From Lingula anatina (taxonomy: Eukaryota > Animalia > Brachiopoda), in the NCBI GenBank assembly GCA_051362555.1, contig CM120640.1, positions 14,384,001 to 14,448,000 on the forward strand: a stretch of DNA of 64,000 nt, read 5' to 3'. The position numbers and the translations under genes were made by a program. Shown here piece after piece: positions 53,083 through 64,000 of this stretch (position 1 is its first letter; each line of letters starts with the position of its first letter). The notes under the pieces were generated by a model. The model saw only the letters and a program-made list of their open reading frames with translations. It was not told the origin of the DNA and ran no database searches.

Positions 53083-55483
53083 AGCACATAGGGGAAATAT
53101 ATAACAGTATTAAGAATATAGCATTAATTTTACTAATAAGCATTATTACCTTGGCATATTCAGTCAATGCTTCATTATTTTAATCAAATAAGGTTGAGAT
53201 TCATGAGATACTGCATCAGCATTGTTCTTTGTATATAATATATTGATTTAAAATCTTCTGCTTGTCACAGGATATATTCATACATGTTCTTAAGTTGTAT
53301 TGTTTACTATTAGTTTTACTTATGGAGTGTTGTTTTATCCCATTTCTTACATGTAGATGTATGAGTCTTTTTTCGATCCATCACAGACAGTGATATATAT
53401 GCTACACTGTATATGTCAAGAATGGAATTCTGATATCTGTGCATCTACTAGTATGTATAAACAGTGTATAAATGTCACAATGAACTGCATGGCCAGTTGT
53501 ATGTATACAAGCAGCAGCTATAATGGCTTATTTTGTTTTGTTTTGATCACTTTTTTTCTTTGAGCGTGAAGAAAAAATTCATTTTTCTGTACAAGTGAAA
53601 TGTTAATAAATATTTGACACTGATGTATATATTGAGCAGTTTTTCTTTTTCATGTTACATTCATGACGTGACTTTGTCAGATGTAATGGAGGGTTGTACG
53701 GTACACATCCATATTGAAAGTTGATTACTGTGATTATATGGTTGGGCACTGTGATTATGGTATGAATGCTTGGTTACTATTGTTCAGATATAAACCATAA
53801 CAATCTTCTCTGTCACCCTGTCATTATTCTAAAGGGTATTTTAGAGCACCAATTTTAAGTTGAATATGGGGGAAATTGTGCACAAACATGAACAACATCT
53901 ACAACTGCTGCCCACGGTTTCTCTCATATAATGATTTATAAACAGAGGAACTGGATACATGCACCAGTATGTATACTGTTGACACATTCATTTATCAACC
54001 TGGTGACATATTTGAAAGAAAATCTCAGAACACATCAAGTCTTGTCAAACTTATCAAGTTTTACTTGGCCTTCCCTGTGAATGGCGGAAAAGCTTCTGAT
54101 TAAAACAGATATAGATGAATTTTCAACTTTGTTTGGATTAAAATGTTTGAAGGCATACAGACAAATATTGATATCAAAATAAAGCAAGTTTTTAAATGCA
54201 TATGAACCATAATATACATATATTGTGTTTGCAGCATTCTAACTTCGTAATTAGTAAATTCAAAATCTCATGTGGAAATTTCGAGTGATGGCCGAGAGAT
54301 GGCCGTATATAAAACGCACTTGGATGGAAGTTTGAGTTGAAATTGGACATCATGGTAAACTTATCAAAAGTACGATCAAAATTGTTTTGTGTCATGCCAG
54401 TAATTCACCTATTACCTATGACATACAGATATTTATCAAGATTGTAGACAAAAATAAGTACATGCACATCCACAACAACCATTGAAGAACCCATGCAGGC
54501 ATGCAGGCTAACCAAGGCCGTAGGATGAAAAGACCCCCCCCCTTTTTTTCAATTTGGGGGGGGGGGTTGCTGATGCTGAAGGCCTGCAATATGTGCGGGC
54601 AGGTGATTTGTACCGCCTGTGGAACTCTTCTAGGCGCTGACTGAAGGAAAAGTAAGAGGTCCCTGATCGATTGGAAGAAAAATAGGATTACACTTTACAC
54701 ACGGATATATATTTTGGCCAAAATAACATTTTCTTTACTTCCGAGTGCACTGTAATTAATAAACGAATACCTTAGACGAAAAATGATTCGCGAGAGAAGG
54801 ATATGCTTTTAATTCATGGCGATTTCGCCTTAGAGTACTATCATCGGAAGGCGCATCTAAAGAATAATGCGAACCCAAAAAAACTTTAATTCCATCACCT
54901 TTATAATTTACATTAGATTTAAGCACACTCCAAAACAAGGGAATAATCAGAAGTAAAAAATATATATAAAAATACGTCTCACAAGAAGTGATGATATGTC
55001 CCCGAGTTTCAAACTTGTGAAAGAAGTCACTCTCCTACAGTGTCAAATCAGCGCCTAAATATGATGGTGTGCATGCTTTGTTTGCTTTTGGATTTTGAAG
55101 ACACAATTGCACACCCATTGTCCGAGTTTTAAACTCCAATTTTCAAATAATGCAGGGCAGCTACTTCATAATAGCCACAGCATATTTCACTTTTCCGTGT
55201 GCTCGGTAAAAGAGGCATGTGTACATATATGTACATGCATGTGTATATTTGTGAATGTATGCTCATTTGTGCATGTTTTGTGCATCAATCCATGTGTGTG
55301 TGTACATTTATAAGCTTGTGTGCGGGATTATCTTCTTTTATACAGATTCAAATGACACTGTTAACCAGTATACCCTCTGGACTAAAATAAACAGTTTACA
55401 TAATATATATATTTGTGAAAATCTTTTGTGGTAGGAATGGTGTGATTCTCTTCCTTTTATTTTTCCTCCTGTATTCATACTGT

Positions 55484-57724
55484 TCAGAATCCTTTAGTTG
55501 TTATCTTGTGCACTGGACTCACATGATTCTTTTTACTGTTTTTCTTGCGGTTTCGAAGAGCCAGCTGTATCACGTCCAATATCAGATTAAATAGCTCACA
55601 GGCTGTTAGAACAGACACCCCAAGCCACAGGCCCAAGTTTCCGCCAAGGTCCGACCCAAGGTCCGTTAGCTGAAATGGAATAAAAAGTGTATGGTATTTT
55701 GGGGGAATTTTGGCGTATTTGATTATAACATGGACCTAACTAGAGACTCTCTAGTTAGGTCCATGTTCATAATGTCTGAAATGCTTCGACCTGTTGACAT
55801 TTGATGAAAATATATTTTAAATAGCACACTCAATACTCAAAGAATAAAAAGTTGTTGTTGTTGTTGTTGTGTGTGTTTAAATAAGAAAAAGAAAGAATTA
55901 TTCTTTCAAAGTTAAAAAATCCCGCCCTTGCCAATCTTTTCCAAGCCCCGCTGATTAACTTCATTCAGCTTAGAAAGTTAAGAAGACAACCATCAATGGA
56001 AATTCAACTGTGCAGCAGTGTAAAGATATAATGTTGTTGATATTTACTGGGATTTATAGTATAATTTCTTTGGATGAGACCGAAAGCTCTGCAGAAGGCT
56101 ATAGAAAAGTTTGAACTTATAAATAATAACAATGAACAGAATGTGATTATTTCGATAGAAACGCACCGAATACGCAATGTTCGTGGTGACGGTTTCGAGG
56201 TTCATGTCACGATAGAAGATTTCCACCTTCATCACGTTTCTCCTGAAATATGCAACAGAAAAAGAAGAAAAAGGTTGAAATGAATGTCATTCTGCGTGTT
56301 CTTTGTTCAATGTTCAAAGATAGAAATATGTAAATAATAAGGGTTGAACCATTAAGTTTGTAAAGCAACACTTTCTCATTTTGAATTTTCTCCTAGAATT
56401 TTAATTTTATTTCTGTAAAAACCGCGCTTTAGTTGCGTCTCATTTTGAGTCATATTAGGACCTCCGTCACGTAGATAGTTTGTGCTAATGTCCCTTCTAA
56501 TACAGTATCGTATTTAGAAAATCGAATTGCTACCTCTGCTCAAATGTTTATTTTATCAAAATATATTTTTATATTATTTCATTGGAGCTATAGGAATGCA
56601 ATCAACTGCTCTGCTTCCGTCCAATGAAAAAATGAAGTTAAAATAATAAAGATAACATGGAAATAATACCTATTTCCTATAAACTGCAAAAATTAAACAA
56701 AATTTTAATAATTGAAAACAAGGGAAATGCGGTTTACCTCATTTCAAGTAAGTCTGTATTCACGTATGCACTCAAAGTCTGCAGCATCTCCATCTGAAAA
56801 TGATAAATAAATGAGCGGTCTATCATTTTTTATATTAAGATTACCAGCCTTTTGCTTTGCAATTAAAGATATTGTAAAACTTATTGAATTTCTGTCCGTT
56901 TGAAGGAAAACCTTCTAACAAGCTACACTTGAGAAGAATATTACCTGATACACGTCGGAAGGCCAGCGCATCGATGAAACACTTGCCTCAAATGTATCTT
57001 CCCTGAAATTTGAAGTAGACAGAAGGGCTTAGAAAATAAAGTTCTTAAACCAATTTCACTCTGATAAAAGCATTTGTCAAAACCAAAAGTCAGCAAGACC
57101 AAGGTTCACCGATAGTGGCGGGACGTTTCTGCTATTTAAAAATCCGGGATCAAAATTTGCTAAAAATTAACATATATTTCATCGCATATAATTTGATCGA
57201 AATCAGTTTGGCTTAATCATTATTCCTCTCAACAACCATCTTATTTAGTGTTTTTATAAAGTTAAGACAGATCATCAAGTTACGAAGTAAAATATTGAAA
57301 TACTTACACACATTTCGGAGGGCAGTCGCATGTAATCTGTCCTTTTTTGTACATATCCACAATGTTGTCAACACATACAACTAAATGGTGAAAATAAGTA
57401 AGATAATAATAATATATCATTTAAGAATATACATATGTCACGTTATCACTTGTGCGATGTAAATATGTCTGTAATTCGTTATTTAATTCAATCATAAAAC
57501 ATTCTGTTAATGGTAATATTGTTAAAGCTTCTAACGAAACAATCTAAGGGACTCTTTACGAGGTATTTGCTGTCATACATTTCCACATTTTGTCATAAGA
57601 TTTCGCTATGGTCAGTTAGGCGTAAAATCATGGAAGTTCTTTTTTTATTTCGCAGCAAATTCCATTGAACGATTTAACTTTTTACGTATTTGACTCAGTA
57701 AAATGAAGGTGAATGACACACATG

Positions 57725-57759
<35 letters not shown>

Positions 57760-60700
57760 TTACTGTGTGTGGTACTGTTGGCAATGTTGCAAAGCACTGG
57801 ATCGTCACGACTGTTAGTAAGATTTTTATTGTAGGCTATATTCCAAGAAGCCTGGAGAGCAGTTGCATTAGCCGGGTAACTGGGGTGTGCACATCCACAA
57901 TCTCTTATAATTTGTCTCTGTAAGCATGTTTTAAAACATGCCTGAAAGAAATTGAGTAGAAATAAGTAAAAAAAAAAAAAAAAGTCGCGGTTCGCGTTTT
58001 GTGATATACAGTCAAAATGGAATATATCTGTAAAGCATTTTCTATTTTATATTTTTACCAAATGTTTAACGTGTACAATAGAAAGATTTTAAAATTATTT
58101 GGTTTTGGAATCAAATTCAATTTATGAGATTTTTGAAATGTTGAATGTTAGCATGAATGTTCTCTCTGTAAAAAGTTTATTGACCTACCTCTCTACTGTA
58201 ATTCACAATTAAATTATAGTATTCAGAATAAGCATTGAGTTCATAGTTTTCTTCCTCGGTGTAGTTTTTACAATCTCCGTACGGTGAGTCAATACGGACA
58301 AAGCGTTTCTAAAACAAAATTGATATATAAACCATGCATATCAAAGTTATAGAATCTACATTATTAAGCGTGATATATTCCCAATAAAAATGCAATACCA
58401 GTCTTATGGCTCTCTTTATTTGCCATTCGCAGAACCATATTCTTTACACCTTAAATACGGCCTTTTCTATTTGTGTTAATACCCACTGGATTTTGTCTTT
58501 AAAAACTACACCAGAGTCGTGTGCTGAAACAATTTAAACAGCTACATCTTAAAAACAAATTCATCTCCGTCGTGCTGGCAGTTGGTCCAAACCTACAATC
58601 CACCAGGGCGACAGATTTTTCTCAAGATATTCACAGATATGTCTTTAGATAAATAGACAGTCATTTGATTCTCTGCCCCTTATGAATAGCTTGTTATTTC
58701 AGATTGAAGTTAATAGAGGAATCTTCGGTAGTAGCTCCCTACCGAACGGGTACAATGCCATCTACGCGCGTGCAGATTTAATTGCTTCCATCTGGCCAAA
58801 AGTCACAGGGTAGTTTTTTTTTAAATTTGCCTATAATATCTGCCACCCTGGTAGAGGATAGTCCAAACACACCTTTGATATTCCAATGGAGGTATGCTTC
58901 CCAGGCGCTACCACAATACTGTGTTCCTCCGCGAATGGCATCGAGTTCTGCTCGTGAATTGTGACGCGAACCCCGGCAGATTCTGTCGTCATTATGTATT
59001 CATCTTGTTCTATGTACAGCTCAAGACTGAGACCTTGGATGAAATAATACGAAGCCATGTGATAAATCGATAACAAGAAACCCCCACCACCATCCCCTAT
59101 GGGCAGCTCTGGTGATCGTTTATATACGAAGAAAAAGAAGCTGTGCGGATAACTAATACATTTGTAATCTTTTACAATGCACGTTTAAATGGATGGAGGG
59201 CGTGGGGGGTAAAAGATTTTTGCCTGACCCTGTGACTTCACAGTGCACAAATACATGTACGCCACTACAGCTATTTTACTAGTGCGCTTGTAATTATCAA
59301 CACTAAATATGAGGGGTGATTGAGTTTTTCAGTTTGACCCAGAAAAAATCAGGGAGTGGTTTTCTCACAAATATGAAATTTTGACTCACAGCGCACATGG
59401 TTGCAGGCACAGTATGTCAGTGACGTGAGCAAATTGGACATAATTGTGCATCGCGCTAATCTGACAGCAACTTTCCTATTAGACTTGCCGGCGCCTTTAT
59501 ACAAGCGTTTTTTGTCCAGAATATTGTTCTCTTTCATGCTCTTCTTTTAATTTGCATCCATTTTGTCTTGTGACATGTACTTTCATTATAAAATCCAGAA
59601 TAAACCATTCGATTTCCTTAGAGAAATGCTTCAAGATTGGTTTGTACAGATTTCACCCACGACATATTATTTCTGAATTCCTCTGGACTCGGTAAATATA
59701 AATTTTATGATAACTACAGCTACTTTTAAATAGAAGAAAATTATTAAAAAGGGATATAGTGTCAGTGATTACTGTAGTGACATATTTTACACAGTAATGG
59801 CGACGCATAACCTTTGATTTATTTCCTAAACTTAGATAAAAAAATTCCATTTTTTTTCAACATACCATAAGTGTGACCGCCGCGGGCGGCGGACCTGACG
59901 GTCTTGTTCATGCCCGAGTTGAAGATGAAACAGTTCCCATACTTGTAATCACTAAACTCCGTGAAATTGCTGAAAACCATAAGAATAGCGGCCTTAAATG
60001 TCATCAAGTGCACTTAATGAAACGTAGGAATATCTTCATATTTAAGTTTACAATTGACACATTGATGTTGTGTCTTGATGAAGATAGACCTAATTTGTTC
60101 ATTGACTTTATCGAATGCCAATTGAAATAAAATCAATACAAACTCCAGATTTACTCAATTTTTCATCTTCGTGCCAAACCTTCAACCTTAGTTATCAATA
60201 AGGGAAATCGCACGTAAAGAGTTATCAATATGGTAAATGGTACATAAAGACGGACCATTTTGTTTCCATTTAATCGTAAAACAGTTCAAACTGACCGTCA
60301 CCAAAGTTGTGCAGTGTGTTGTCATGTAGGATGGACCGACCATTAAGGGAGACGTGAAACTTACAGGAGGCTTGGATAGATCATACCTATATGTACATAA
60401 CAAAATATATATTACATCTATAGTTTATTCCACAACCCTCATACCTTTTATCACACGGATATCCCTGCCAGGAACAGTCCACCAAAAATGTTGTCATATT
60501 GTGTCCGATAGCCATTCGTTCTGTGTCGTTCAATTTGGCAAACTGATACTGAAACTGATCCAGTGACTGCGTCCTAGATGACTTGGAGAGGTAATCGTGC
60601 CCCGAAGAAGACGTTCCGGTTGACGATAAGCCCAACGCTGAACCCGTACCCAAACCCGTGGCCGAAATTAAGGCCGCACTCAAGCCTGAAAGGGAATTCA

Positions 60701-62573
60701 TACTCATATTCGAAGAAGTGCCAGGTTTTGAGCTCAATGTTCGCACTCAAAACTATTTAAAAAAAACACGAACTCGCATCTAAAAAGGCAGCTGAACTTT
60801 GATTCAAATCAGATCCCGAAACTCTACCCGAAGTTGGTCCCCAACCTTGGACTTAAAATAGAGCCCTCCTACCTTTACGAAACTTAAAGTCCAAAGCAGG
60901 ACTCGTGCACGCTCGACCCTGAACTCAGAGCTGAATACGGCCCTGACGTAGTGACCGAAACTCGATCCACACCTGAACCCAATATTCTACTCTAAAATGG
61001 ACCCGAATTCGAGTTCCAAAAAGAGTTCGAACTTTGATTCGAATTCAGCCTAGGCACTGAAATCGAAGTTGACCCCAATTGGTCGGTTATCGGTACCCAA
61101 AATCGAACTCAGATTGGAACTCGAACCCAAACTCAATTTTGCGAAATTATGTGACTTTAAATCCCAAGCAGGTTCCACAGTCGAACCCGAAATTAAACTT
61201 GAAGCGGACCCCAATGATGAACCCAAATAATTGCCCGAATTCGAGCTTGAAAGAGGATCCGATGGCGTACCAGAAATCGAGGCCACGCTGGAACTTGTGC
61301 CCAAATTAGTAGATGTACTGGAGCCAAGGGCAGAGGTACTCGCTCTACGATTCCGTGTAACTTCCACCTGAATGAAAATATGTATTCATTTTTAAAACGT
61401 GTAATTTACACTAAATCCAGATTTTTCCTCAACAATTTTTCAATTCAGCAATCTAGATTTTTTTTATTTTATTTATTTTATCTTGATATTTTACCAAAAA
61501 TGTCTACATAATGCCAACCAGGAGAGTGCGTCATTAGTTTAAAGATAAAATTGTCTGAAACGATTGTATATGAGTTCTGGGTAAACAAATAGGCTAGATT
61601 TTAATGATAGAATTGGGCTTATTTTGGGTCATGTTATGATCGTATTCACAACGAGTTGAGCCAGGCTTTACAAATCCTGGTTACTAAATATGGCGGTCGT
61701 ACACGAAAGTAAAACCGCCTAATCTTTTAATAGTCTCTCCGCCTCTCACACGCCTCCCCACACGTCGTCCCTGCGGGGGGACAGTCATTAAATCTCGGTT
61801 CCATTGGGACGACACATGGGGAGGCGTGTGATAGGCGGAGAGACTATTAAAAGATTAGGCGGTTTTTCTTTCATGTACGTCCGCCATATTTAGTCCCCAG
61901 GATTTGTAAAGCCTGGCTCAATTCGTTGAGAATGCGGCCTTATATATAAACACATTTTGCGCAAACTACAGTTACGCTTATTTGAATTGCTGTTTCAACC
62001 ACAATCAATACATATACTTGAAAGAAAAAAAAAAGAATCAAGGCATTATTACATCTTTGTTAGCGATACTGCGTCGCCTTCTAGACACTTTTGCAGCTTC
62101 GTTCTGGGCCTGTAAAAGAAAAAAAATGTTTTACTTTTTGTTGTTCCTATGATGCCATTATAATGTTTGTTAATCATATATGAGAATTAATGTAAACTAT
62201 TCATACGAAAACAGTGCCACAAGGAATTTCGTCGATGAGGATCGATTTCGTTGTGACTTTATAATTCGAATAAAAAATATAATGCCCATTAATTTGATTG
62301 CATTCAGCTAGAGTCCCCGTAAAGTAAGTGAGCATAAGCTAGGTCTACAAAATTCATTGTGAACGGTCCTTTATTTAGATCAAGGGCGTACCAACAAATT
62401 GTTCAAACTTGAACTAGAGGACGCTGCTATTTGGGACCGTTTTACTGGGTTCTCGTTGCAGATGGTCACGGCTGGGAAGTCCAGTCTGGGCTCTAGTTCC
62501 ACCGTGACATCTGTCTCTGTCGGCCACTCGAAGTACTTGACCGCTAACTGGCTGACGAAATAGATGAGCGCAC
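55484..62573 (-). CDS. DEG/ENaC (amiloride-sensitive sodium channel/degenerin) family subunit, 5'-partial
   Basis: TM1 then FPAVTICNEN, YGNCFIFN, GLSLELYIEQDEY..GVRVTIH, SPYGDC, Cys-rich thumb, WPS, SDLGGNLGLWLGVS TM2. Exons ~62392-62573, 62053-62109, 61367-(61271 or 61097), 60445-60685, 59866-59969, 58873-59033, 58189-58308, ~57763-57941, ~57308-57380, ~56945-57002, ~56738-56793, ~56167-56242, 55484-55669. First exon not found in the window. Confidence 0.88.
55727..55767. repeat. Perfect 41-bp palindrome
   Basis: aacatggacctaactagaga-c-tctctagttaggtccatgtt. Confidence 0.9.
61638..61939. mobile_element. Internally deleted copy of the 424-968 MITE family
   Basis: Same TIRs (gccaggctttacaaa..aaccgcctaatcttttaatagtctctccgcc) with almost no spacer. 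Confidence 0.8.
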
Positions 62574-64000
62574 CTGTAACAAATAAGAAGAACGCAAAAA
62601 GGGAAGTTTGCCGTAGATGAACGATGTTTTATGGCGACGGTTAACTCGGTTCATTTCAAAGACCGTTGCAAACTTTCATTAGTTTGGGAAACGGCATCTG
62701 GTAAAAGTTTTCACTGGATTCGGACACTTCTCTAGATCTATCAATGGTTACTGAACAGAGACAGTCTCCCCGAGAAACGGAGGGAAGGATATCTGATCAC
62801 GAGTATTTCACAAGCGATGGTCGTTGTTATTTCTTGTGTACAATATCAAATTCTGACCAAAATTTCTCACCGTGTATAATCACAAGAAAAAGGATACAAA
62901 TGGCCAAACTAATGAAACCGTACCGTGAAATTAGTACATGGGTGTTATTTTTGTTTGTATATTGTGCTAAGCAATACTCGGAATATTGTGTTTACCCAGC
63001 TTTTTCGCTAATCAGGCTCGTTAAGCCATGTACGTGGATATGTCAATATCTAAGTTCTATGATACATAAACCAAAATATTGATTGCCACCTCGAGAAAGC
63101 ACTATGATTTAGCCTCTGTGAAGCAAATTAATCATTGGAGCTATTGAATTGCGCCAAAAATCGACAGCGAGAAGAATGATCAAAACATGGGAATGACTAT
63201 GAAAGATGAATGAAATGATAGTCAGCCTTTTTTTCACCTTACCTGGCGGTCAACCCCATGAATAATAAGTTTACGACTGCTTTACTGCGTTTACCTTTTT
63301 TGTAACTGTCCGATCACTGGTTTTATATAATATGGGATACAAATCTGTCATCTGGCTACATGAAATTCAAACTTATTTCCTTTCAATTTTTTTTTCAATT
63401 CCCGAAACTTGAAATTTGTGAATTAGTCTGTGATGTTATCCTTTTTAAATAACATCAAATTTACAGTTGCAGCATGGAAATGAACAATACCACAACAACA
63501 GATGCGTTATTACAAAACGTGGCGTTTATACATGTGTAAGCAGTTATGGACTTACAAGTGATAGTAACAAAAAATTCTAATCCTAATTTTACTCCAAGAA
63601 AATGCATGTTTTAAGGTCACCACTCGAGGCGTATACATGTATAAGTGCAATTGCTACCTCTCAAACTACGCATCAGACAGAGGAAGTGCACAAGTAATAG
63701 AACCAGAATTAGTGTATGCAATGTGTCCATTAATGAAAACCAGAGAGAGGGAGAAATCATAAACGTTTGTTACAAATGAAACAACAGGAAAAACTCGTTT
63801 TCCAGTTGTCTTTTCAAATTATTTTTTGTACTGCAACAGCTGGTCTTAAACAACCGAAAGTACTTCATGTGCATGTATCTTTTTAAAACGTTTCTTAATT
63901 CCATGCTTAAATAACGAAAAGAAGATTTTCCACTTCAACAATAAAGACAATTTTACAAGCAGTTCTAAGTTATTAAGTTCTTCTTTGTTTTTTTTTCTGA

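Noticed and set aside
63239-63270. HGVDRQ|gtaag as the DEG/ENaC N-terminal HG exon
   Set aside because: Donor is phase 0 in that frame while the next acceptor needs phase 1, and the start of TM1 is missing

Overview
AT-rich, intron-rich eukaryotic genomic DNA. Gene content and repeat types suggest an invertebrate metazoan, probably lophotrochozoan/mollusc-like (inference). Left to right: an intronless HAD-IIA phosphoglycolate/pyridoxal phosphatase-like gene (+) facing a decayed inverted paralog (-); a 14-exon CIN85/CD2AP (SH3KBP1)-like adaptor (-) head-to-head with CHORDC1 (+); NSRP1/CCDC55 (-) followed divergently by a TDA3-like DAO-family FAD oxidoreductase (+); and a 5'-partial DEG/ENaC channel (-). 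Several MITEs, a 935-bp foldback element and Helentron/HINE-like repeats are interspersed. The most striking observation is a ~3.3-kb same-strand ORF inside the CIN85/CD2AP intron between the SH3B and SH3C regions. It has a phase-compatible splice acceptor, so it looks like a giant alternative terminal exon replacing SH3C, the proline-rich region, the CPI motif and the coiled coil. Also notable: a DEG/ENaC finger region with two furin sites and an apparently intronised Ser/Gly-rich segment, and a GC-AG donor on a symmetric exon of the splicing regulator NSRP1. Exon boundaries were read by eye; no database searches were run.
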